A stretch of 63,086 nucleotides of DNA, counting the filler, from Nemertoderma westbladi (Eukaryota > Animalia > Xenacoelomorpha), in NCBI GenBank assembly GCA_032718475.1. It is 3 parts of 3 records of this genome, joined end to end, with 100 filler letters (N's around TTAATTAATTAA, not from the genome) between each part and the next. Parts side by side here need not be neighbours in the genome. Positions count along the whole stretch, not along the records: positions 20,042 to 48,933 come from JAUCBJ010002290.1; 2 more parts are not named here. The stretch is one strand, 5' to 3'. The position numbers were made by a program, and so were the translations under genes. Positions within the stretch are counted from its first letter, which is position 1. The number at the start of each line of letters is the position of its first letter. The notes beneath the pieces were generated by a model, which had not been told where the DNA came from, made no database searches, and saw nothing but the letters and a program-made list of their open reading frames with translations. Of the stretch, positions 23,292-33,672 are shown in pieces.

Positions 23292-23406
23292 TATAAATTT
23301 TGGCAGGTTAAACTGCTAAAGGTCTTCAAAAGCGCGTACAATAACGGTTATTGACTTTATTGCAGTAAGCAATAAAGTTGAAAGTACCGGTCGATCGGTA
23401 AGCCTG

Positions 23407-23535
23407 AACCGGTGCTTCTGTAGGTCCGTAGGCCCAACTGCCAGAACCGGTACTGCTGTAGGTCCGTAGGTCCAACTGTCAGAACCGGTACTTCTGTAGG
23501 CCTGTAGGCCCAACTGTCCTAACCGGTACTTCCAG
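23407..23535 (+). repeat. 38-bp minisatellite (~3.5 units) in the BEL leader
   Basis: AACCGGTACTTCTGTAGGTCCGTAGGCCCAACTGCCAG-like units at 23407, 23445, 23483 and 23521; not expanded in copy 1. Confidence 0.8.
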
Positions 23536-23714
23536 TATAAGTACATTAGTATTATTCGATTTTGATTATTGTATACTGGTAGGTCTTAGTATTTAATCAG
23601 GGACTGCAGCCCTGGTTTTTTATTGAGATTTTACTCATTTCTGTCGGTTTTATTTACAGGTAAGTTAATATTGAGCTGAAGACGTGTAAGTCTGCTCAGA
23701 TTGTTCAGATAATT

Positions 23715-24230
23715 GTAGGCCGGACTGTTGTTAGATTGTTGTTGAGTTTGGAGAGATTACGGCGTGTGTAGAGTTTGTCCGATAGAGTGCCAGTTAGTAA
23801 GTTGGGGCAGCCATAGCTGTAAGGTCAATCCCCTCTTAAAGAATAAGTCGTACTACCGTGTTAGAACGCATACTAACTAACAATTTTGGAATCTGCACAT
23901 ACTGTAGTTTATTTAGGCTTGACAGTATTCTGCCAGCGCTTTGGCCTGTGTTTGTTTGTGTGGTCTGTTCAGGTACCGTAATAGTTATTACTCAGATATT
24001 TTGTAGGCTGGATTGTTGTCTAGCTATTATTAGGTCTGAAGAGATTGCTGCTTGTGTAGAGTTTGTCCGATAGAGTGCCAGTTAGTAAGTTGGGGCAGCC
24101 ATAGCTGTAAGGTCAATCCCCTCTTAAAGAATAAGTCGTACTACCGTGTTAGAACGCATACTAACTAACAATTTTGGAATCTGCACATACAGTAGTTTAT
24201 TTAGGCTTGGTGGTAGTCTGCCAGCGTTTG
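23715..24230 (+). repeat. ~288-bp tandem duplication in the BEL leader (also ~12105-12610 in copy 1)
   Basis: GAGTTTGTCCGATAGAGTGCC at 23771 and 24059; AAACTACAGTAT at 12132 and 12421. Confidence 0.9.
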
Positions 24231-25572
24231 GTTTGTATTTTGTTTGAGTATTCTGTACGGGTAGCGTAATATTTATTATTCAGAGTTTATGCGATTATTC
24301 GCAACATTCATGTCCCCAAGTTTATTCCTACAGTAATTGTGCTTGTTACACATACCGTTATAGTTAAATTAACCCCGGTACTACACGGGCTGCTTGGCGT
24401 AGGAAAAGACTGGTGACTTTGTGCTTCGGTCACTCCAGCAGATGCCGTGGTTCTTTTAACTGTTCAAGTATATTTAACTACTGATTATTTGTTGTACCAG
24501 TACTTGTACCTAATTTAGGGTTTAGTGTACAGTGCTTTCCGAGGTAATTAGTGTGTAGGCAGTATATTTGTGTTGTAAAGTGGTTAATAGGCACGCTGGA
24601 TCTGGTAGTCCGCGGTAATTAACTTCTAGGTAGGAACACTCCGTGATACATAACGTAGTACCTATAGCGATACGGTTATAGGTCGTCAGGCGGTGGTATT
24701 TTCCTATCTGGACAGTGCAATATATTTACTACTACTTATTATTTTCAAATACCGTAGTACCCTGTCCGTTGTAATAACCAGAAATCTAACCCTTTGTTAG
24801 GCTGGTTTGTAGACTTCCTGTAAAATTACCCTAAAATTTCGTACGTAATATTTTTGTTGTGTTTCATTAGAGAATTAATCTCACCCGTATCGTAAGTAAT
24901 TTGTAGTATTAAGTAACTTAGGTAAATTAGAATTATCTGTTTTAGTGTCCCATAAGTAGCACTCCACTGAGAGTGCACAGCTTCTGTGTAGTGACCCCAG
25001 AAATAATAACATTTATTTCAAATATTGACAAAACCCATTTTAAACGGGTATATAAATATTATAAATCAACTCAAACGATTTATAAATAGTAGGCCTGCCA
25101 TACAACAACTAGGTCTCAATATCAGTTGGACTACTGCTTAAATAACGGTAATAAAGTAAGTTAAAGTAATCAAGTAACCCTAAAATATTCAGAAATTCAA
25201 TTATTCTAAAATAATTGACATACCGGTATTTACCATAGGCTTATTATATTTATTTCTATAAATTTGAGCTAAAATCATACCGGTATTCTGTAATTAATTC
25301 TAGTTCATAATTATACTTATATATACTATAAGTGTAAGCTGTATACCGGTATTCACGATAGGCCTATTATATATTTATATATATTTGTGCTAAATTTATA
25401 TACCGGTACTCTGTGACAAAACTAGTTTACAATACTTATATATATTATAAGTGCATACCGGTATTCTAATATACTGCAATAAATTACTGGTACTAGGCCA
25501 ACGGTCATACTGAATTACTAGACTTGCTTTAACTGTAACTATAGCAGTAAGCATTCAACTGTATAGCTAAAC

Positions 25573-28500
25573 ATGTCTGACACTCAGCAAAACCTGTCAG
25601 ACAGTCTAATCGATACAACCATCTGTGACACAGATAGGAGTGTGGAGCGATTAAGAAAGGAGTTCAGCTCACCTCCTACTGAAAGAAAAGTCATCCCTCC
25701 AGTAGTGGTATCGGACCCTAAGCTAATCCAACACCGTAGGTCTATCATCGGCACTCGGGCCCAAGTCAAACGGAACCAGGAAGCAGCTGTCCCACAGCAG
25801 CAACAGCCTAGTCAAGAAACTTGTTCCCAGCGATCCGATAGCTCCAGTAGTTCGGATACTGTCGAGCTGACCCCCGAACGCGGATTGCGGATGGCGGCTA
25901 AAGCCTACTCGGACCCCCTTCTCACCCTTCCTGCCGCAGTGCTAACTACTATATTGATTGCGGTGGAGGAACATCAAGCCGATTGGGCGAGAAATAAGCG
26001 AGCGACCCAAGATAATTATGCGGGATACGCCAGGGAAGAATTGATGTCTATTGTCGAGTCACAATGGAACTTTCCCGGACCCGGACTCCCGTTAGATCTG
26101 TCCGAGGCTACTTGGGAAGATATACACAGGATGGGAGTGGCTAAAGATACGATGGATCCAGCTGTTTGGAAGAGGTCGGCAGCAGGATATGTGCAGGGAT
26201 TCTTCGGCTCCTTAGAGCGATTAGAAGAACAACTGTTTCGACAACCCCAAGGACCTCAAGAGCAAGAAGAACTGCTATACCAAGTACGCGAAAGAACCCT
26301 ACGCATTCGACTAATCCTATCAGCCTTTGAGGAAACTTCCAAAAGAAGACAGGACACGTCGCCGCAGGTTGCTGTCAAAACTTGGTTCCAGCGGGTAGGT
26401 CTCAAAGTACAAGAAACGGACCAGTGGAAATCCCAGCTGTCTGAGAGACTAACCTATGAAGAACCAACCGATGCCACCCTTCCTCAAGTGGAAGGCGAAG
26501 AGACCGCAGAGAGACCACGAACGAGAGACGCCATAGACATTTATCTGTCCGACTATCAGCGATTCCTAGGAGACGAAGAGTTGAGGAGACGGCTGTCTGG
26601 ACTTTCCCCTAATAGTGAAGGAACCCAACGTGTGTTAGACTCAATCGATGCTGAAATGTTAGCTGCTAACCAAGCAGAATTTGATGAAAAACTCCGCCTC
26701 GCTAGAGTTCAAGAAGAACAAGTAAAGAAAAGACGGATAGAGGAACAAAAGGCGGCGGCTATGGCAGAAGCAGAAGTAGAAAGAAAGGCAGCGGCGGCAG
26801 AAGCAGAAGCAGAAAGAAAGGCAGCGGCGGCAGAAGCAGAAGCAGAAAGAAAAGCAGCAAAGGCAGCGGCGGCAGAAGCAGAAGCAGAAAGAAAGGCAGC
26901 GGCGGCAGAAGCAGAAGCAGAAAGAAAAGCAGCAAAGGCAGTGGCAGAAGCAGAACGGAGAGCCTCTGAGCAGACTACCCAACTGGAGTTGGAAAATCTG
27001 CAAGAGACGCAAGACAACATAAATAAACAGTTAACTGCTAGTCAAATGCAGATGATGAGACGATCTACTCCCAAACGCCAGGGATACACATCATCGGAGG
27101 AAAGCGAAACCACCGATCCTGAAGGCGGAGGAAATAGATCTCGTCTAAGCAGGCGTAGAAAAACATCTCACCGTCACAAATTGCCTGATTTGCCCCCAGC
27201 TGTTAGAAGACAGCTAGCTAGCACAGACTTAGGTAGTACGGAACCCGCATACCAAACTATTCAGGTCAAAAGACTCCCTACAATAGTTGATGAGCCTGAA
27301 ATAATTAGGCCTGTCGTTCCCAAAGTCACTTCTGTGTTAGAGACCCCTGTACTTCCAGAGCTTAACTCTAAATTCCCTTTACATAGTACTACACTGCCTG
27401 TACCCGGTAGAACAGTCCAAGAGAATATCCCTGTCCTGATAGCAGAGAGAGAAATCAAAGATTTGTCTCCCGTCGTCCAGCGTCGGCCCGCTACAATGTT
27501 GGCGACTCCCGCTTCGGCGGTCGAGTGGGTAGAGGAGGGACGGCGGGGGATGAACCTCCTGCTCGGACAGATGCAGGAGACTGTCCACCAACTTAAGGGA
27601 ACAGTAAGGGAAGGTAGGGCAGAGTTGCAAGAAGTGCAGCAAAGTATCGCACTGGAACGCGACAAGTTAGTCAATATACAAAAAGGGATACCAATACCCC
27701 CTGTAAAATTGTGTCAACCTGTTAGGTCTGAAGTATTACATGCGCAAGGTGTGGAGCCTACACGCATCTATACTGCTAGTGAAGTAGAAACTCCTATAGC
27801 AAACCCTATTAAGGGTGATTATAGACCTGTTGTTAATGATGTTCCTTATAGACCTGACAATGATCCGAGAAATTTATATACCGATAATTCGATATTAAAT
27901 AACACGATGGCCCAAGAAAGCTTTACGCGTCAGATGGCTAGAACAGAAGCCCGCCAAGCGGTCAAAGTGGGAGAGATCGTCAAATTCAATGGAGATGAGA
28001 TGAAATGGTTACCTTTCAACGAATATTACAAAGATAGCATACAAAACTCTGTACTATCTAACGGAGAGAAACTTAGGTTCCTCATCAAGTGCTTGGAAGG
28101 ACCTCCCAGGTTAATGGCGTTAAAGTTTATTGGACATCCAGAAGGATTAAGACAAGTATGGGATACATTAAACATCAGGTATGGTAACAAGGATAACATA
28201 GCTAAGTATTTGTATGCAAAATTAGTAGCCCCCCGACACTTCCTTAGTAGCGGGATTATAGAGTTTTCCGATGAAATTCAGGAAATCTGTAGACAATTGG
28301 ACTGGTTAGGTAAGTCTCATGAATATCAGAGTTCCATGGTTATTGGAGCAGTAGTCTCTACTTTACCCAAGGGTGGAGTATGTACACGTTGGGACAAGAA
28401 AGTGTTGTACATGAATGAACAACAACGACGAAGCCCTACCATGACTGATCTCATGTCCTTCTTAGATAGTGAAGTAAAATTACAACTCATCAAGCAGTCC

Positions 28501-30660
28501 AGAGAGAAAACATCGGAAAATAAGGTAAGTGAGAAACCCGCTTCTAGGAGAAGAGTAACACCGGTGTGTTACACTGACGACGGCGAAAGCCAAGCTTTTC
28601 AAGAAGAGGACAGCGGGAAAGACACTGAGAGATCTTACTATGTTGAAAAAACCTCAAAAGATGTAAGTAAATACAAGGCTCGAAACAACGATAGGAGAGA
28701 ACAGGTTGCCAAGACCCCTCCTCAGTCTCCTAACAGAATGCACCGAAGAAAACCCGAAGAAAAAACGAGAGTGCATCAAGTTACCCAAGGTAAAGTGAGT
28801 AACATAAAACCGAACTGTGCGCTGTGCGACGGGACCCACCGTTTGAGTGCGTGTGCTGAATTTCTAAAGAAATCCCTTGTAGACAGACGTGCAGTCGTGT
28901 GGGACAAGCGGTTATGTTATAATTGCCTCAGACCAGGACACCAACGGCGAACCTGTTACTCCGATATAAAGTGTGCAAAGTGTGGCGCGAAACATCACAT
29001 CTTGTTACACAGTGAGTTCGAACGAGACAAACTGAGTCAGGTAAGTGAGCCCGAACTACATGTCCAATTCAGTGATGTAAACGACACTGATCAAGAATCT
29101 GAGATGGAAGGATTCTATACTGACGAATTCTCCGACGCCAACGAATCCTGTTATCTAATCAATACCGCAGTGTATCGAGCACTTACTTATGAAAAGGACA
29201 CCAACGATGAGTTTCCCCCAACTACTTTTGCCAAACAACCATCTTGGAAAGCTCCAACTTCCAACGTAGGAATCAGAGAATTTCCTGTAGTGCAGGTAAG
29301 AGTTCACGGTCTTAACAAAAGTTACATAGTGAACGCCCTCCTTGACTCCGGCAGCACAGGAACATTCATCGATCAAGAACTAGCCGAAGATATCTTTGCT
29401 GGACAACCCAAGTTCCGGACTAAATTGAATATGTCAGGAATTATGCAGGTTTGGAAATCTACCCTAACGGCAGATTACTATGTAGGTGTGTTGTCCACCC
29501 CCCAGGATAAGTTAGGAGCACAAGGTATAAGGTCGGTAAAAATGGTGGCTATAAAGAACTTCGCTACTACTCAAGCAGACCTTTATAATTGGGACGAGGA
29601 TGAGAGCATCCAACATCTTAAGATACCTCGATTCCAGACAGATTATCCTGGAGTGCAAATACTCATCGGCCAAAACGCGCATGAAGCGCTCGAAACATTG
29701 GAGAAACGGCCTGCTCAACCACAGCCACTGCAAACCTATGCGGTAAGAACTAGAGTAGGTTGGTACTTTACTGGCCCTTCCCGCAGGACTCTCGAAGAGA
29801 GAATGCCCCAAGAACAAATATACCAAGTAAACGATTGGGAAGTGGAGAGCAGTGAGGTGGACGAACTAACTGAGGGAACACCATACTCCTCAGATAATGA
29901 CGACATCTACCAACTCTTCGATGAAGAGAATACAATCGACCTACTTACAGAAAACCAAACTTGGAAAAATCAGGTGAACCTATGTCAACTGATTCGCCCA
30001 TCAGAACCCATCGCTTACAATGACGAACTAAACGATGAGATAGAACGCTACAACGCTAGAACTCGGGACGAACTAGCCGTACGATTCTTTACTCAGGAAC
30101 TGGTAGAGCCCAATTCATATGATAAGGCTCTATCGATAGAAGAAGAAAGAGCCAAGCAAATCCAGGAAACAACTACACGTTTTTTAAAAGACCAAGGTAG
30201 ATATGAAATCGGCCTACCATTTCGAAAACGAGAACCTAGATTTATAAATAACAGACCTTTGGCAGAGAAAAGAATCGCTCAATTACATCGACGACTTACA
30301 GCTAATGCTTCAGCGAAAGAAATGTACCAAACTCAGCTGAAGAAATTTATAACAAAGGGATACGCGGAGCGAGTACCGGAAGGAACACCAGTGACTGAGA
30401 GAACGTATTACTTAACGCATCATTACGTTCCCAAACCCAGTAAACCACACGAAGTACGAGTCGTATTCGATGGCTCCGCCCTATATATGGGCCAATCCCT
30501 CAATTCCGAGTTGTTACCAGGACCCAACTTACTCCAATCTTTGTTGGGAATACTTTTAAGATTAAGACAATATTCCATCGCGTTCGCCTCAGATATAGAA
30601 GGAATGTTCTTACAAGTCAAGGCGCTGGATAGAGATAGAGACAGCCTGAGATTGGCTTGA
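25573..30660 (+). CDS. BEL/Pao Gag-protease-RT polyprotein, truncated within RT, 1695 aa
   Basis: DUF1759-like FNGDEMKWLPF...KLRFLIKCLEG; three Cys/His knuckles CALCDGTHRLSAC, CYNCLRPGHQRRTC, CAKCGAKHHILLH; protease ALLDSGS; RT motifs GRYEIGLPF, YYLTHH, VRVVFDGSA, SLNSELLPGPNL, DIEGMFLQV. Confidence 0.96.
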   Translation: MSDTQQNLSDSLIDTTICDTDRSVERLRKEFSSPPTERKVIPPVVVSDPKLIQHRRSIIGTRAQVKRNQEAAVPQQQQPSQETCSQRSDSSSSSDTVELTPERGLRMAAKAYSDPLLTLPAAVLTTILIAVEEHQADWARNKRATQDNYAGYAREELMSIVESQWNFPGPGLPLDLSEATWEDIHRMGVAKDTMDPAVWKRSAAGYVQGFFGSLERLEEQLFRQPQGPQEQEELLYQVRERTLRIRLILSAFEETSKRRQDTSPQVAVKTWFQRVGLKVQETDQWKSQLSERLTYEEPTDATLPQVEGEETAERPRTRDAIDIYLSDYQRFLGDEELRRRLSGLSPNSEGTQRVLDSIDAEMLAANQAEFDEKLRLARVQEEQVKKRRIEEQKAAAMAEAEVERKAAAAEAEAERKAAAAEAEAERKAAKAAAAEAEAERKAAAAEAEAERKAAKAVAEAERRASEQTTQLELENLQETQDNINKQLTASQMQMMRRSTPKRQGYTSSEESETTDPEGGGNRSRLSRRRKTSHRHKLPDLPPAVRRQLASTDLGSTEPAYQTIQVKRLPTIVDEPEIIRPVVPKVTSVLETPVLPELNSKFPLHSTTLPVPGRTVQENIPVLIAEREIKDLSPVVQRRPATMLATPASAVEWVEEGRRGMNLLLGQMQETVHQLKGTVREGRAELQEVQQSIALERDKLVNIQKGIPIPPVKLCQPVRSEVLHAQGVEPTRIYTASEVETPIANPIKGDYRPVVNDVPYRPDNDPRNLYTDNSILNNTMAQESFTRQMARTEARQAVKVGEIVKFNGDEMKWLPFNEYYKDSIQNSVLSNGEKLRFLIKCLEGPPRLMALKFIGHPEGLRQVWDTLNIRYGNKDNIAKYLYAKLVAPRHFLSSGIIEFSDEIQEICRQLDWLGKSHEYQSSMVIGAVVSTLPKGGVCTRWDKKVLYMNEQQRRSPTMTDLMSFLDSEVKLQLIKQSREKTSENKVSEKPASRRRVTPVCYTDDGESQAFQEEDSGKDTERSYYVEKTSKDVSKYKARNNDRREQVAKTPPQSPNRMHRRKPEEKTRVHQVTQGKVSNIKPNCALCDGTHRLSACAEFLKKSLVDRRAVVWDKRLCYNCLRPGHQRRTCYSDIKCAKCGAKHHILLHSEFERDKLSQVSEPELHVQFSDVNDTDQESEMEGFYTDEFSDANESCYLINTAVYRALTYEKDTNDEFPPTTFAKQPSWKAPTSNVGIREFPVVQVRVHGLNKSYIVNALLDSGSTGTFIDQELAEDIFAGQPKFRTKLNMSGIMQVWKSTLTADYYVGVLSTPQDKLGAQGIRSVKMVAIKNFATTQADLYNWDEDESIQHLKIPRFQTDYPGVQILIGQNAHEALETLEKRPAQPQPLQTYAVRTRVGWYFTGPSRRTLEERMPQEQIYQVNDWEVESSEVDELTEGTPYSSDNDDIYQLFDEENTIDLLTENQTWKNQVNLCQLIRPSEPIAYNDELNDEIERYNARTRDELAVRFFTQELVEPNSYDKALSIEEERAKQIQETTTRFLKDQGRYEIGLPFRKREPRFINNRPLAEKRIAQLHRRLTANASAKEMYQTQLKKFITKGYAERVPEGTPVTERTYYLTHHYVPKPSKPHEVRVVFDGSALYMGQSLNSELLPGPNLLQSLLGILLRLRQYSIAFASDIEGMFLQVKALDRDRDSLRLA

Positions 30661-31003
30661 GTACAGTCAGACAGTCTGAGTATCGCCAATCAAAACAAAA
30701 TAGAAAGATTTTCCATTAGGCCTATAATATTACTGTATTAACAGATTAAGCTGTAGTACAGTAGTACTGTAGTAAAGGCCTACTCAAATTTCATTGGATA
30801 TACTCAAGTGTCGTGACTATACACGACTCATTCTTATCCAGTGGAGTGGGAATGGTCCTTTAAGAGACAATCATTTAGAAATTTTAACATATAGCTGTAT
30901 AGTATAAGAAGATAAACAACACATTCTCTAATAATAATCCTGTAATCAACCAGTCAACTAAAACTAATTACTAAAAAAACAAATTTTATAACTTTTTACT
31001 TGA

Positions 31004-31130
31004 TGAACTTTTTACATATGAAGGGAACGAACGGAAACGTTTCTCTAAAGAAAATTATATTCTTACTAATATATACTAATTATATTCTTAAAGAAACGGT
31101 TCCATTCGTTCCCGCCGTATGAAAAAAGTT
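31004..31130. repeat. Imperfect ~127-bp inverted repeat
   Basis: AACTTTTTACATATGAAGGGAACGAACGGAAACGTTTCT versus AGAAACGGTTCCATTCGTTCCCGCCGTATGAAAAAAGTT. Confidence 0.7.
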
Positions 31131-31460
31131 TGTCCCTTTGAATTAGTCTCGATTTTTGGTCAGGAATCTCTCGGTTCTTTACCTTTCTTTTATAGTTCAA
31201 GCATTTGGAAAATGAGTGTACTTGTACAGCGTACAGCTGTACAGGAAGGACACAAACTGACAAAGGAAATAATAAAACCAGTACAGAAGTACAGTATGCA
31301 GTAGGCCTACACCTACAGTAGTACGTAGTAGTCCTATACAGGCTGATTCTGTAAATCAGTACATGCAGTGGCAGTACGCATTCAGGCAGTAGAGTTGTAC
31401 AGTCAGACAGTATGTAGGCCGTCAGTATATGTAGCGGGGAGGGTACGTACTAAAAGGTAG

Positions 31461-31563
31461 AACGATCTATAACGGGCTATAACGATCTATAACGGGCTAT
31501 TACGATCTATAACGGGCTATAAATTCCTATAAACAAGCTATAACCACCTATAACGAGCTATAA
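31461..31563. repeat. 10-bp minisatellite (AACGATCTAT/AACGGGCTAT alternating)
   Basis: Read directly; about 10 units, degenerating to the right. Confidence 0.85.
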
Positions 31564-32360
31564 TATGAAAATTTACATTAAAAAAACGTCCATAGGGTGT
31601 GTTTAACTTTTGGATTAGCACTGCGGTGTGAAAAATACCGCAGGTTAAAAATTAGGGTAGGCCTATGCCTAATTGATAGGCCTACTGTAGTTAGTACTGG
31701 TTCGTTTTTTTATTGGCCTACCCTGATAACAATTGCATGTTATTTTAACGTTTATATCACATTTTTATTGAACATGGCAAACGTTTGAAAAAACGTTTGC
31801 GACACGTCCAGAAATAGGTAATTTTCATGTTATTTTGTCCAAGCGGGTGGCATGTAATAAACGTTTAGAAGTAAACGTGTAAATAGCATGAAACAAACGT
31901 TACCCAATCGCCGGTTCTTTATGACGTTTGAATTAAACGTGTGTCTAGCATGTGTAACTAACGTGAATCATGCGTCGGTTCTTTCGAAATTGCTTGGAAA
32001 TATACGTTTTTTTAATGCAAAGAAAACGTTTGTTTTAAACGTTGTAAATCGTTATTCTCTACACTAATTTGGTCATCCATTGATTCGACCACCGGATTGT
32101 TCTCATGGTATGCAATTGTTCGAATTAAGAAGATAATTTATGTGTAAAACATGAATATTATTAAGCACAAGGTAGTAGTAGCCAGTACAGCACAACTTAA
32201 CCACCTAAAAACTAGTGTTATTGTTCACAATAACAACAACAACCATTAAAAAAATGAACTGCATTGCACAAACTTTAAGTAAAATTGTACTGTATATACA
32301 AAAATGAAACAAAATTCCATTTGAACTGTAATAATATAGACCAACCGCAGCCTTCTTTAA

Positions 32361-32861
32361 CGCTATTTGGCCTGGGGGGGGGGGGGGGGGGGTGGGTGAG
32401 GGTCATTTAAATTTTTTTGAAATTAATCTGTATCTTTGAAACAGATATGTTGTGAAAACCGAGATTCTGTGACTTTTCCTAAAATTTTATGGGCTATCCA
32501 TCAGAGCACAAAGGAAATTATTATCCAATATTGAAATATAATAAATAGTTGCAAAAATTTCCCTGTTCACTTCAATGTTCCAAAATTGGAGACAAGGGGG
32601 GAAACTGGACGCAAATCTCATCTTGGCGAATTAATATCCCGCCTCAATGTTAAATTCTCAATTTAGGGAAAGGAGCAGGTTACAGTGGCACATTATTTTA
32701 ACCAAAACAATCAACTAAACACAATAGATTAGGTTACAGTTTTATTTTTGAGAGAAATCATCTGTTATTTGCGTCGAATTTCCCCTGGAGAGGGATGAAT
32801 TTTTATTGCGTCCAGTTCCCCCCCCCCCCCCCCCACCCACCCACCCCGGGGCAATACATTG
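32361..32861 (+). mobile_element. Degenerate piggyBac-type MITE
   Basis: TTAA-CGCTATTTGGCCTGn start, and TGACTTTTCCTAAAA shared with the 45105 element; right end CnGGGGCAATACATTG-TAAA is decayed. Confidence 0.5.
32589..32834 (-). mobile_element. Poly-G MITE family copy
   Basis: GAGACAAGnAAACTGGACGCAAAT...TTTTATTGCGTCCAGTTCn, near-identical to 15042-15296; the CCCCTATCTG end is missing. Confidence 0.88.
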
Positions 32862-32970
32862 TAAAATAGACAACAATTAACATTTACGATAAAACAAATT
32901 ACAATTAAAACAACAATGTTGGGACGTCACGGGGAGTTTTCAGTTACATTGATCATTCAGTTTCAGCCGC

Positions 32971-33503
32971 ATCGATATCACTGAATCCGGAGTCCGTTCC
33001 GCCAAGGATCTGTCGATATCACTGAATCCGGAGTCCGTTCCACCAAGGATCCGTCGATATCACTGAATCCGGAGTCCGTTCCGCCAAGGATCCGTCGATA
33101 TCACTGAATCCGGAGTCCGTTCCACCAAGGATCCGTCGATATCACTGAATCCGGAGTCCGTTCCGCCAAGGATCCGTCGATATCACTGAATCCGGAGTCC
33201 GTTCCACCAAGGATCCGTCGATATCACTGAATCCGGAGTCCGTTCCACCAAGGATCCGTCGATATCACTGAATCCGGAGTCCGTTCCACCAAGGATCCGT
33301 CGATATCACTGAATCCGGAGTCCGTTCCGCCAAGGATCCGTCGATATCACTGAATCCGGAGTCCGTTCCACCAAGGATCCGTCGATATCACTGAATCCGG
33401 AGTCCGTTCCACCAAGGATCCGTCGATATCACTGAATCCGGAGTCCGTTCCACCAAGGATCCGTCGATATCACTGAATCCGGAGTCCGTTCCACCAAGGA
33501 TAT
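32971..33503. repeat. 41-bp tandem repeat, 13 near-identical units
   Basis: GTCGATATCACTGAATCCGGAGTCCGTTCC(A/G)CCAAGGATCC at 32971, 33012, 33053 and onward. Confidence 0.97.
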
Positions 33504-33672
33504 CCGTCGCTAGCAAAGTGGAATAACTTTCCCGTATCTTGGATCTGGAAAATTAATTTATTTATGTGTTAAAAAAATATAAGGCTCGGACTACGATTAT
33601 ATTAGACTAAGACTTCATCATCTACAATAAATTATCTACTAGATGTAAACCTAAATAAAAATAAATGGGGAA

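Larger units (their letters stand above)
22085..30655 (+). mobile_element. BEL/Pao LTR retrotransposon, copy 2 (5' LTR, leader, gag-pro-RT; 3'-truncated)
   Basis: TGT LTR start inside a LINE, and a single gag-pol ORF that ends abruptly within RT. No 3' LTR is seen. Confidence 0.95.

Noticed and set aside
23650-23668. TTTACAG|GTAAGT recursive-splice-like site
   Set aside because: Copy 1 reads TTTCCTAGTAAGT; not conserved.
1-28777. The two BEL copies as one inverted segmental duplication
   Set aside because: Homology stops at the LTR TG, the flanks differ (146-bp array versus LINE), and the LTRs are diverged, so these are independent insertions.
32971-33503. CRISPR-like or synthetic polylinker appearance of the 41-bp (and 25-bp) arrays
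   Set aside because: Head-to-tail units with no unique spacers, no cas genes, eukaryotic context; the restriction sites are incidental.
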